A stretch of DNA of 23,202 nt from Chloroflexota bacterium (GCA_043754535.1 JAYUUN010000113.1:62001-85202), one strand, 5' to 3'. Positions 1 to 8,852 are shown, numbered from the stretch's first letter. The notes: generated from the sequence alone by a model not told the origin. Program-made: numbers and translations.

Positions 1-76
1 CGACTGCGATGGCTGCGCCGAGCGCGCGTTCGGCGAACGGGCTGCCGTCGAGTGGGACAAGGATGTGCTTGAACAT
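1..76 (-). CDS. Universal stress protein (USP family), 5' part only; gene runs off the left edge
   Basis: Manual translation from ATG at 76: MFKHILVPLDGSPFAERALGAAIAV, the classic USP N-terminal 'ILVPLDGS..AE.AL' motif. SD GGAGGAA at 90-84. Confidence 0.9.
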   Translation of the reverse strand, partial: MFKHILVPLDGSPFAERALGAAIAV

Positions 77-134
77 AAGTTGCTTCCTCCATACATGAGC
101 TAACTCAATACTAACCGCCACTGGTCGTAGGGGC

Positions 135-181
135 GGTGGCGAGCGGTGTACAAGTGGTGAATAAGGGTGAACGTGGGTGAA
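135..181. repeat. Helically phased direct repeats (GGTGAA x3 at 10-bp spacing, plus two GGTG half-copies)
   Basis: GGTGAA at 156, 166 and 176; GGTG at 135 and 145. Lies 60-105 bp upstream of the USP start. Confidence 0.6.
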
Positions 182-467
182 CATTGCCTACTGCTACTTT
201 GCACTGGCCGCTCAACCCGGCCACCACCCACGCTTTGCAGCACCGTTGACCAATAGGCTAGTCCAACCCACCAAATGTACTATTATTATGCCCTGCCAGG
301 GCGACGGCAACCAGCGTGGCAACGGCGGCAACGGAGATCGAGATCGCAGTGCGCGAGTTGAGCTGGCTAACGTTGCAGTTGGCAGCCCCTGACGAACCGC
401 TGGTCATAGGCCGCGTCAGTCTGGCCCTAGCAAAAGGCCCGACGCAGGTGGTGGCTGCCCTCAGCCA

Positions 468-1033
468 CTAGCCGGTTGGCTGATGGAGTTCTGTGGCTAG
501 TGTTCGTAGGTCTTGCACGGCAGTGGCAATCTGACCGCTGGCAGTGGCGACATCGCTAGCTACGATCTGCAAGTCGCGCATCGTGGCCGCCACCTGCTGG
601 CTAGCTCCGCGCTGCTGCTGGGTTGCCAGAGTGATCATGTGGGTGCGGGTGGTAGTGCTACCGACCAGTTCGATTACCTCCAGGTTAGCTTCAAAAGCAG
701 TGCGGGCTTGCCGCGCCCCTTTGTCGCTCTCCTTCAGCCCCTCCTCTGTCGCCATCCGCTTGCGGTGTTGGCCTGCTGCACCTTCAGCACCAACTCGCGG
801 ATGCGGTCGGTGGCTTGCTGGGTGCGGCGAGCTAGCTTCTTGACCTCAACCGCTACTATGCTAAAGCGTTCGCCCGGCAGCCCAGCCCCGGCTGCCTCGA
901 TGCTGGCGTTGAGGGCTAGCAGGTGGATTTCGGCAGCGATGTTGGCTACCACGCTAACTACCTCGCTGATGCGCTGGATTTGAGCATTGAGGGTCAGTGT
1001 GCGCTCCACGATCTGCTGCACCTGACCGCGAAG
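468..1033 (-). pseudogene. Methyl-accepting chemotaxis protein signalling-domain remnant (5'-truncated and frameshifted)
   Basis: ORF 734..1021 carries the MCP hairpin-tip signature IAAEIHLLALNASIEAAGAG..GERFSIVAVEVKKLARRT. ORF 468..755 continues it (MATEEG...ITLATQQQRGASQQVA). The junction reads AGC-GG-ATG at ~755-760, one base short of AGC GTG ATG (S-V-M). There is no sensor, TM or HAMP region upstream. Confidence 0.85.
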
Positions 1034-1278
1034 CCCTCGACCTGCTCGGCAAGCAGGCGTTCGATCTGGTGATCCTGGACATCCAAATGCCCCAGCCCGA
1101 CGGCTACGAGATGTTCAGCGCGATGCAAGCCGGGTTGATACACGCGCCGACAGGCGTGCTGTTCATGTCGGCAGGCGCACGTGAGAGGGAAGCTCGCCAG
1201 CACGGGGCCAAGTTCTTTCTCGCAAAGCCTTTCGGCGTTGACGATCTGCTCAATACAGTACACACCATCCTTCGCTAA
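1024..1278 (+). pseudogene. Single-domain response regulator (receiver), N-terminally truncated
   Basis: REALDLL...FDLVILDIQMP (phospho-Asp)...FMSA...FLAKPF. The first beta strand with the acidic DD pair and helix 1 are absent; the upstream DNA is the antisense MCP sequence, and there is no SD. Confidence 0.8.
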
Positions 1279-1309
1279 CCCCACCAGCACTTCACTGCCA
1301 CCCTTCAGC

Positions 1310-1356
1310 CTGTCACTTGTAGCCCACCACTGGTGGTAGCTAGCTGCGAGCGACAG
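1310..1356 (+). terminator. Long imperfect hairpin between convergent receiver remnant and kinase; possible terminator or stabiliser
   Basis: CTGTC-A-CTTGTAGC pairs with GCTGCGAG-C-GACAG (with G-U pairs), around an inner CCACCA/TGGTGG. No clear U-tract. Confidence 0.35.
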
Positions 1357-1361
1357 CTTGA

Positions 1362-4300
1362 CTACGGCAACCCTGGGCTAGCTACGTCCACCAAGCCAGG
1401 CTGCCCGACCAGTGGTATGGTGAAGTAGAAGGTGCTACCCGTACCCTCACCCGCGCTCTCCACCCACATTCGGCCACCATGCGCCTGAACTATACTGCTG
1501 CTGATGTAGAGGCCGAGGCCAAGACCACTGGCTGTGTGCTTGCCGTGTTCGGTGCGGTAGAAACGCTCGAACAGGTGGGCCTGCTGCTCTACTGGGATGC
1601 CGATGCCCTGATCCTGGACGCTGACCACCGCGAATGCGTCGTCGCGCGCAACCCGCACTGTGATCGTACCACCCTCCGGGCTGTACTTGGCTGCGTTGCT
1701 GAGCAGGTTGTTGACTACCTGTTCGATCAGCCGCCCCTCACCGAGAACCAACACTTGCTCGTCTGGCAGGTGCAGTTCAAGTGGCAACTTGTACGTCACC
1801 TGAGCTTCTTCGACCAGGCTGGTGTTGATCGCTGAGAGATCGATGGCCTGGTTGATAATCTCAAACCGACCCGCGGCAAGGCTCGACACGTCTAGTAGGT
1901 CGTTGACCATAGTAACCATGCGCTCGGTGCGTTCCAGGATCGTGTCTAGCGGCTTCTGGAAGTCGGCGCGGTCAGCATCGTTCAGCTCTAGCTTGCGTAG
2001 CCTGCGAGCCAACATCAGGCTGTAGCCCTTGATCGTGGTCAGGGGGGTTCGCAGTTCGTGCGAGGTGATCGAGATGAACTCATCCTTGAGCCGATCCAGT
2101 TCCTTGAGGTCGCTGATGTCCTGGAAGATGGTTGCGACCCCGAACACGCGCTCGTCGGCAGCGTAGATCGGCACCGCACTGATCAGCAGGTCGCGGCTAG
2201 TACCATCCGGATACTGCACGCGCCACTGCTCGTTGATCACCCGCTCACCGTGGGCGGCGCGGGTCACCGGCTCCTCGGTAGCGGGCAGCGGCTTACCATC
2301 GGGGTAGGTCAGTAGGTAGCGAGCAGTAGCCTGGTCGCCATTGTCGAACTGCGCCACGCTGTCCAGCTTCAGCATCTCCAGGCTGAAGCTATTGTGGGCC
2401 AGTACCGCGCCTTCGGGGGCAGAGAAGACGACCACGCCTGCGGGTAGCTGCTCAATCACGGTAAGCAGCCGCTGCCGTTCGTGTTCGGCCTGCACCAGCA
2501 GTTGGGCGATCTGGTCTTCGATCTCGCGCTGGCTGGTAATGTCGCGGAAGACATTGATTGCCAGCCGCACCGCGCCTTGCTCGTCGCGCACAGCAGAGCC
2601 GCCGATACTTAGCAGCACCCGCCCACCGTTGGCCCGCCCAAACAGCAGTTCGCTATCGGTGAAGACTTCACCCTGGGCTGCCCGGTTGAGCGGGTGCTGG
2701 GTCAGGGGGAGGCTGCGACCATCAGGGTAGCTAATCTCAAGGTTGAGGCTGGCAAAGTCGCTAAGCTCACCAACGCCCTCGTCCATCTCTACGCCCAACA
2801 TCTGTCGTCCAGCCCGGTTGAGATAGCTCAAGGTGCCGTCTGGCTGCATCAGGATCACACCCTCGATCATATTGTCGAGGATAGCTTGCAGTTCGTCGCG
2901 GTTGGCGTGAAGCTGCTGCTCCAGCTTGTGTTGAGGGGTGACATCGCGGGCAACAGTCAGCACCAGCCGGGGATTACCCTGCTCATCCTTGATCACCGTC
3001 ACGTTGTTGCTAATAATATGATCCTGACCAACCGTATCAGTGAACATACAGTCAACCGACCTGACCACTTCCCCCCGCAAGGCCCGCACCTGCGGCATAT
3101 CGGCCTGCGAGAGTGGCTGACCGTCTGGGTAACGAAGATTGAAGTCGAGGAGGGTAGAGAAGTTTGCACCCTCCATCTGCGCCTGCGCGTCAGCTGATAG
3201 CGCAAGCAGGTCGAAGACGCTCTGGTTGAGGTAGCGGATGGTGCCGTCTGGCTCCATCAGCATCACCAGGTCGCTCATGTTGTCAAAGAGAGCCTGCAAC
3301 TGATCGCGGTTGTCACGCATCTCCTGTTCGAGCTTGCGATGCTCAGTAATATCGCGGGTGACGATGATACCGAGGCGGACTTTACCCTGCTCGTCCCGTA
3401 GGCTGGTGCCGCCGACGCTAACATAGTGGGTGCTACCATCGGGCGGGTAGAAGATCATTTCTTCGTTGACCACCTTGGCCCCAGCCATAAGGCGGCTGAT
3501 CGGGTACTGCTCAGGGGTGAGAGTGCGCCCGTCGAGACTAGCCAGGCTTATATTGGTAAGCAGCAAGCCAGCAGAGAGTTGACCATACTCGTCTAGCCCC
3601 AGCAGGTGGCGGTGGGCAATGTTGCGATAGCGCATACTGCCACCAGGCTCAACCAGCACCACCGAGTCGGGCATATGCTCTAGCACAGCTAGCAACTCGT
3701 CGCGGCTATCGCGCAAGCCCTGTTGTGCCTGGTAGAAATCGGTCAGGTCACGCACCGAGGTGATCCCGCGCACGATCTGCCCCTGCTCGTTCCGCAGGTG
3801 ACTGCCGTTGACACTGATGCGCCGCTCCAAGCCGTCAAGCCCTGTGATCAGAAACTCAAAGCCCTCGTAAACCTCACCTGCCGATGAGCGCGTGATCGGG
3901 TAGTCCGTCACTGGCATTGGCCGCCCGTCCAGGTAGCGAGGATTGATCACCGTAAAATCGCTGAACTGGGCGAAGGGCGGCGCGAGTGCAGGGTTGGGGA
4001 TGCCCATCAGCTTGTAACAAGCCCGATTGATGTAGCACACGGTGCCGTCGGGGTTGGTGAGCAGCACAGACTCGGCCATGTTGTCGATCACCGCCTGCAA
4101 CTCATCGCGGCTGGCTGCAAGCTCGCGCTCGATCTGGCGGGTGGCGGTCACGTCGCGGGCTGAGGTGATCGCCAGTTGCACCTCACCCGCCTCGTTCTTG
4201 ATGCTGCTGCCGCTGATATTGACCACGTAATGGCCGCCATCCGGCCCAGCAATGTAGAGGTCAGTGCCAGGGAAGACCTCGCCAGCCAGAGCGCGGGCGG

Positions 4301-4841
4301 TCGGATTTTCGGCGGGGGACAGCAGCCTGCCAGTCACATCGTGCAGTTCGCCGCTCGCCAGGTAGCGGCTGAGATCGCCGAGCGGCTGGTCGGGGGTGAG
4401 GCCGAGCAGGAGACGGCCACTTGGGTTGATGTAGCGCACATCGCCGTTCGGCTCAACCAACGAGATAGCATCGGTCAGATTGTCCAGGGTGGCGGCCAGG
4501 GCTGCACGCTCGACCTCGGCATGGTGGCGGGCCAGTTCGCTGGTGGTCACGTCGGTGGCGGCGATCAGGTGGCCTTGCTGCCCAGCAAGCGAGCCGCTGC
4601 TGAGGCTAAGGTAGCGGGTGGCGGTCTCGTTGCCCTGCTCTACCACTTGCCCCCCCGCTAGCAAGCCAGGCACTAGCTTCGGCAGCAAGTCGATTAGCAA
4701 CAGGCCAGAGGTTAGCCCCGGCAGCAGTAGGGTAGCCTGACGGTTATAGCTCTGCACCCGCAGATCGTCATCACAGTAGATCAGCGCAACCGGCGCACTC
4801 TCGAACAAGGCGGCGGCGAGGTCAACGGCTGGTTGGGTCAT
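1362..4841 (-). CDS. Cytoplasmic multi-PAS sensor histidine kinase (1 degenerate + 6 PAS/PAC repeats, HisKA, HATPase_c), 1159 aa
   Basis: Repeated ~134-aa units beginning 'L.A.(L/I)DNM...V.L..PDG...Y.N' and ending 'RD(V/I/L)T'. H-box FISITSHELRTPLT, N-box NLLSNAAKYS, DQGIGI, FERFYR, GLGLGL. No hydrophobic TM segment seen. SD AGAGGAG upstream of the ATG. Confidence 0.95.
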   Translation of the reverse strand: MTQPAVDLAAALFESAPVALIYCDDDLRVQSYNRQATLLLPGLTSGLLLIDLLPKLVPGLLAGGQVVEQGNETATRYLSLSSGSLAGQQGHLIAATDVTTSELARHHAEVERAALAATLDNLTDAISLVEPNGDVRYINPSGRLLLGLTPDQPLGDLSRYLASGELHDVTGRLLSPAENPTARALAGEVFPGTDLYIAGPDGGHYVVNISGSSIKNEAGEVQLAITSARDVTATRQIERELAASRDELQAVIDNMAESVLLTNPDGTVCYINRACYKLMGIPNPALAPPFAQFSDFTVINPRYLDGRPMPVTDYPITRSSAGEVYEGFEFLITGLDGLERRISVNGSHLRNEQGQIVRGITSVRDLTDFYQAQQGLRDSRDELLAVLEHMPDSVVLVEPGGSMRYRNIAHRHLLGLDEYGQLSAGLLLTNISLASLDGRTLTPEQYPISRLMAGAKVVNEEMIFYPPDGSTHYVSVGGTSLRDEQGKVRLGIIVTRDITEHRKLEQEMRDNRDQLQALFDNMSDLVMLMEPDGTIRYLNQSVFDLLALSADAQAQMEGANFSTLLDFNLRYPDGQPLSQADMPQVRALRGEVVRSVDCMFTDTVGQDHIISNNVTVIKDEQGNPRLVLTVARDVTPQHKLEQQLHANRDELQAILDNMIEGVILMQPDGTLSYLNRAGRQMLGVEMDEGVGELSDFASLNLEISYPDGRSLPLTQHPLNRAAQGEVFTDSELLFGRANGGRVLLSIGGSAVRDEQGAVRLAINVFRDITSQREIEDQIAQLLVQAEHERQRLLTVIEQLPAGVVVFSAPEGAVLAHNSFSLEMLKLDSVAQFDNGDQATARYLLTYPDGKPLPATEEPVTRAAHGERVINEQWRVQYPDGTSRDLLISAVPIYAADERVFGVATIFQDISDLKELDRLKDEFISITSHELRTPLTTIKGYSLMLARRLRKLELNDADRADFQKPLDTILERTERMVTMVNDLLDVSSLAAGRFEIINQAIDLSAINTSLVEEAQVTYKLPLELHLPDEQVLVLGEGRLIEQVVNNLLSNAAKYSPEGGTITVRVARDDAFAVVSVQDQGIGIPVEQQAHLFERFYRTEHGKHTASGLGLGLYISSSIVQAHGGRMWVESAGEGTGSTFYFTIPLVGQPGLVDVASPGLP

Positions 4842-5172
4842 TGTACTTCTCCTCTGACTGCGCTGGTATTGGTTGCCAAATGGGATTGCGGGCTGGCCGC
4901 TGGGCTACGGCCTGGTGCGCCCTTGCTGCTGACGGCTAGCAGCTCGAAGGCAGCTAACCTCTTGGCGGCGCAGGCTGGGTTAGAGAGACAGTAGGTGCAG
5001 CGCGCTGTAGCAGGCAGCAATGCTAGCGGCTGCGAGCGGCTGAGTTTAGGCCCAGCCAATAGCAAGGGCGCGCACTCACCCATAGCGGGCAACTCAAGTT
5101 CGTGGTGCTGGTGCTGGCTTGCGCCGCCCTCACTTTGGCTGGCCTGGTCAATCCCCCACGCTGGGTAGTAAC

Positions 5173-5201
5173 ACTATAGAGCTTCTGGCTAGCTATGTCA
5201 A
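5173..5201 (-). promoter_or_regulatory. Sigma70-type promoter directed toward the histidine kinase
   Basis: On the minus strand: TTGACA (5201-5196), 17 bp, TATAGT (5178-5173). Confidence 0.75.
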
Positions 5202-5340
5202 CCGCTTTGGCCTGCGATCACGCCCTGAATGTAGCACAAGTTGTTGGGGGCTTGCTCTAGGGCTGCTGAGAGTAGGGTGCCTACCACAGAGTCAGGTCGT
5301 GGCTGCGCCTCTTGGCTGACGCGATGGGTAGCTGTGGCCT

Positions 5341-7173
5341 CTAGCGCAGGTTGCTGCAAGGGCCACCATCGGCGGCGCAGGAGAGGTAGAGAACCTTGCA
5401 CAGTTCGTCGCGGCGTAGGTAGTCGTTAGGGCGGAAGCGGCCTTCGTTACCGCTGATCACCCGATAGCGATTCGCCTTCTCGACGTAGGGGTAGGCCCAG
5501 TGGCTGGGCGGCACATCGCTGTAGCTGGGGGTGAGCGGCCAGCCAGTGTCGGGCCAGCTTCGCGCTCGAACGACCATCACTGCCAGTTCTGCCCTCCGCA
5601 TTGGCTCGTTGGGCAAGAAGCAGCTACGCCCGGCTGGTAGGCCACGCCGCTCGCAGGTGGTAGCTGGGTAGCCGCGCAACGCCTCTCCAGTATAGGCTGT
5701 CTCGATAAACGCGTAGGCCCAGTGTGTGGTCGCCACATCGCTGTAGCTAGGAGTGAGCGGGGTCTGGCGCGGGAGATTGAAGGTGAGGACGAAGATTTTG
5801 GCGATCTCGGCCCGCGTCACGTTGTAGCCAGGGTGGAAGCGGCCATCCAGGTAGCCGCTAACAGAGCCGTAGCAGGTGAGCAGGCGAATATAGTCGTAGA
5901 ACACGCTGCTGGCTGGCACGTCGCTGAAGTTGGCGCAGGGGGTGCCGGTTGCTGGCACGGGCGCAGTGAAGGTTGCAGCGGGCGGCTCGGTAGCGGTCGG
6001 TGAGCCGATGGTCGGCGTGCTGCTGGGCGTGCGGGTACCACTTGGTAGGGGGCTGGTCGTCGCCGAAGCGGTTGGTGGGTTGTTGGTCGGCGTGCTAGAA
6101 GCTAGCGGGCTGATGGTCGCCGAAGCGGTCAGCAGGCTGCTGGTTGGCGTACTGGAGGCCGGGGGGGTACTGCTCGGCGTGGTGGTGGGGCAGGTGGTAC
6201 GCAGGCTGAGGGTAGAGTTGGTCAGGCCAGCATCGGTCGCGCCACCACTGATCAGCACGCGGTCGGCCAGGGTCGCCTGCGAGTGGAAGATGCGCGGGGC
6301 AGGCAGCGGCGGGCCAGCCGTCCAACTATCGCCCGCCGGGTCGTAGAGGTAGGTGCCAACCAGCCGACTACCATTGTAGCCGCCAGTATAGAGCAGTCTG
6401 CCATTGTAGATCGAGAGCGCACCTCGCGCAATGGTGAACGGCATACTCGCCCGCACCTGCCAGCCGCCCGCTCCATTATAGGCGTAGAGGCTATTCAGGT
6501 AGCCAGTCGCATTCTGCCCCCCAGCTACATAGAGGGTATCGCTGAGGGTGGCCGCTGCGGCATAGCTGAGGGCGAGCGGCAGGGGTGGGCCGCTCGACCA
6601 GAGGGCGTTGGCGTAGCTATAGACGTAGGTGCTGGTGCTGAAGCCACTACCGCTGGCGTGGTAGCCGCCAAGCAAGTAGAAGTTGTCAGCGAGGTTAGCC
6701 GCCGCCGCGCCGCCGGTCGGCTCTGGCAGACCGGTCGCCGTGTACCACTGGTCGCTAGCCACTGCGTAAGCATGAACGTCGGTCAGCACCCCGCTCGCAT
6801 TGCGCCCGCCAGCCACGAAGATAGAACCCGCGACCAGGGCAGAGCCGAACTCGCTACGAGCCAGGGGCAGCGGTTGCCCATTCAGCCAGCCCGGTACGGG
6901 GCTGCTCAAGTCCAGGTAAGTGGTGCTGCTGAGGAAGCTATTGCCGACCCCCGCGCCGCCAATGTAGTAGAACCTGTTAGCAGCAAGCGAAGCCGCTGCG
7001 CCAGCCAGGTAACGCTGTGGCCCAAAGGCTGGCTCATCCTGCCAGCCCAGGGCGCACGCTGCGGGGCTGGGTGGTGGCAAGCTGCCCCCAGCAGGTTCGG
7101 CACTTACCTGCCCGCCCAGGGCAAGTAGCAGGGCAGCAGCAACCACGATCAACAGTAGGGTTCTCTTTAGCAT
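5341..7173 (-). CDS. Secreted Kelch-repeat beta-propeller protein with Pro/Thr/Ser linker and three C-terminal SLH domains, 610 aa
   Basis: Signal peptide MLKRTLLLIVVAAALLLALGGQVSA. Six Kelch-like GG...Y...W repeats (YYIGG, FVAGG, YLLGG, YVAGG, LYTGG, LISGG). SLH repeats FSDVP..FY, YSDVA..HWAY, YSDVP..HWAY with TRAE / RRAE / RRDE motifs. Confidence 0.9.
   Translation of the reverse strand: MLKRTLLLIVVAAALLLALGGQVSAEPAGGSLPPPSPAACALGWQDEPAFGPQRYLAGAAASLAANRFYYIGGAGVGNSFLSSTTYLDLSSPVPGWLNGQPLPLARSEFGSALVAGSIFVAGGRNASGVLTDVHAYAVASDQWYTATGLPEPTGGAAAANLADNFYLLGGYHASGSGFSTSTYVYSYANALWSSGPPLPLALSYAAAATLSDTLYVAGGQNATGYLNSLYAYNGAGGWQVRASMPFTIARGALSIYNGRLLYTGGYNGSRLVGTYLYDPAGDSWTAGPPLPAPRIFHSQATLADRVLISGGATDAGLTNSTLSLRTTCPTTTPSSTPPASSTPTSSLLTASATISPLASSTPTNNPPTASATTSPLPSGTRTPSSTPTIGSPTATEPPAATFTAPVPATGTPCANFSDVPASSVFYDYIRLLTCYGSVSGYLDGRFHPGYNVTRAEIAKIFVLTFNLPRQTPLTPSYSDVATTHWAYAFIETAYTGEALRGYPATTCERRGLPAGRSCFLPNEPMRRAELAVMVVRARSWPDTGWPLTPSYSDVPPSHWAYPYVEKANRYRVISGNEGRFRPNDYLRRDELCKVLYLSCAADGGPCSNLR
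6059..6129. repeat. 57-bp-period internal duplication in the SLH protein linker
   Basis: GTCGCCGAAGCGGT at 6059 and 6116; the protein reads ASSTPTSSLLTASATISPL / ASSTPTNNPPTASATTSPL. Confidence 0.6.
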
Positions 7174-7283
7174 AACGCACCTCGTTGGCCCCAGTCTAAA
7201 GGAAAGAGGGGTAGAGCGTCAAGGTCGGGCTGCGCTGTGACCGCTAGCCAACTGCTCGCTGCCCTCTAAGCCAGCAGCAAATA

Positions 7284-7292
7284 TGATATAAT
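7284..7292 (+). promoter_or_regulatory. Extended -10 promoter for the aldehyde dehydrogenase
   Basis: TGaTATAAT about 80 bp before the start; SD AGAGGAG at ~7354-7360. Confidence 0.65.
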
Positions 7293-7373
7293 GCACTGTC
7301 CACAACGAGGTGGAGCTAACTTCACCCCTTCACGCGTGGGTGAGCGAAACAAGAGAGGAGCAACAAAGACGTT

Positions 7374-8852
7374 ATGCAAGTGCAGAACTACATCAATGGT
7401 AGGTGGGTAGCCGCCCGCAAGGGCCACACCTTCGAGAGCCTCAACCCTGCGACTGGCGAGGTTTTGGCCGAGGTCGCCAAGTCCACCACTGACGATGTGC
7501 AGGATGCGGTTGCGGCAGCAAAGGCTGCCTACCCTAAGTGGCGCGCCCTACCAGCCCCCAAGCGAGGCGAAATCCTTTTCCGCATTGGCGAACTGCTGGT
7601 GCAGCGCAAGGAAGAACTGAGCCGCCTGGTGACCACCGAGATGGGCAAGGTACTGGCCGAGGGTCGCGGCGACGTGCAAGAAGCGATTGACATGACCTAC
7701 TACATGGCTGCCGAGGGGCGGCGTTCTTTCGGCCAGACGGTGCCGAGCGAACTGCCCAACAAGTTCGCCATGTCCATCCGCGACTCTGTTGGCGTGGTCG
7801 CGGCAATCACCCCCTGGAACTTCCCGGTGGCGATCCCCTCTTGGAAGATCACCGCTGCCCTGATCATGGGTAACACGGTGGTGTTCAAGCCCGCCAGCGA
7901 CACCCCCGCGCTCGCCGCTGCCTTCGTCCGCATCTTTGAGGAAGCAGGATTGCCCGCTGGTGTCCTCAACCTGATCACCGGCCCCGGCGGCGAAGTGGGC
8001 AACGCCCTGGTTGACCACGATGATGTCAAGGTCATCTCCTTCACCGGCTCGACGGAGGCTGGCGTGGCGGTGACCAAGCGCGGGGCCGACAAGCTCAAGC
8101 GCATCAGCCTCGAACTGGGCGGCAAGAATGCCGTGATCGTGATGGACGACGCTGATCTCGACCTCGCGGTTGAGGGCATCGTTTGGAGCGCATTCGGCAC
8201 CAGCGGCCAGCGTTGCACCGCCGCCAGTCGCGTGATAGTACATCGCGCTGTGCGTCAGCAACTTGCGGACAAGCTGGTTGCCCGCATCAACAAGCTGCGC
8301 CTCGGCGACGGCCTGCTAGCCACCACCGACGTTGGCCCTGTGATCAACAGCAAGCAACTCGACCGCATCCACAGCTACATGGCGCGGGCGAAGAAGGACG
8401 GCAACGAAATCCTCACTGGCGGCGAACCTTACAAGGGCCAGGGTGCGGGCGGCGGCTTCTTCTACAGCCCCACCCTGATCGGCAGCGTCAAGCGCAACGA
8501 CGTGGTGGCCCAGGAGGAAATCTTCGGCCCGGTCACTGCGATGATCGAAGTCGGTTCACTCGACGAGGCGATTGAGGTGAACAACGACACCGCCTTCGGC
8601 CTCAGCAGCAGCATCTACACCGCCAACGTCAACAACGCCTTCAAGGCGATGCGTGATGTTACCACTGGCATCCTCTATGTCAACGCTGGCACCATCGGCG
8701 CAGAGGTTCACTTGCCCTTTGGCGGCACCCGCGGCACCGGCAACGGCCACCGCGAGGGCGGCCAGACAGTACTGGACACCTTCAGCGAGTGGAAGACGCT
8801 CTACATTGACTATAGTGGCAAGCTCCAGCGCGCCCAGATCGACGAAATATAG
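7374..8852 (+). CDS. NAD(P)+-dependent aldehyde dehydrogenase family protein, 492 aa
   Basis: ITPWNFP, FKPAS, FTGSTE, LELGGKN (catalytic Glu), GQRCTA (catalytic Cys), EEIFGP, PFGG. Substrate cannot be assigned from sequence alone. Confidence 0.95.
   Translation: MQVQNYINGRWVAARKGHTFESLNPATGEVLAEVAKSTTDDVQDAVAAAKAAYPKWRALPAPKRGEILFRIGELLVQRKEELSRLVTTEMGKVLAEGRGDVQEAIDMTYYMAAEGRRSFGQTVPSELPNKFAMSIRDSVGVVAAITPWNFPVAIPSWKITAALIMGNTVVFKPASDTPALAAAFVRIFEEAGLPAGVLNLITGPGGEVGNALVDHDDVKVISFTGSTEAGVAVTKRGADKLKRISLELGGKNAVIVMDDADLDLAVEGIVWSAFGTSGQRCTAASRVIVHRAVRQQLADKLVARINKLRLGDGLLATTDVGPVINSKQLDRIHSYMARAKKDGNEILTGGEPYKGQGAGGGFFYSPTLIGSVKRNDVVAQEEIFGPVTAMIEVGSLDEAIEVNNDTAFGLSSSIYTANVNNAFKAMRDVTTGILYVNAGTIGAEVHLPFGGTRGTGNGHREGGQTVLDTFSEWKTLYIDYSGKLQRAQIDEI

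Noticed and set aside
177..392. 71-aa ORF with GNG-like repeats
   Set aside because: No SD or recognisable motif, and it overlaps the probable USP regulatory region.
734..765. Programmed frameshift in the MCP
   Set aside because: No slippery sequence, and the gene also lacks its 5' end; decay or sequencing error is simpler.
994..1290. 98-aa minus-strand ORF as a possible MCP N-terminus
   Set aside because: It is the antisense reading of the receiver remnant, in a different frame from the MCP tip ORF, and has no MCP, TM or HAMP features.
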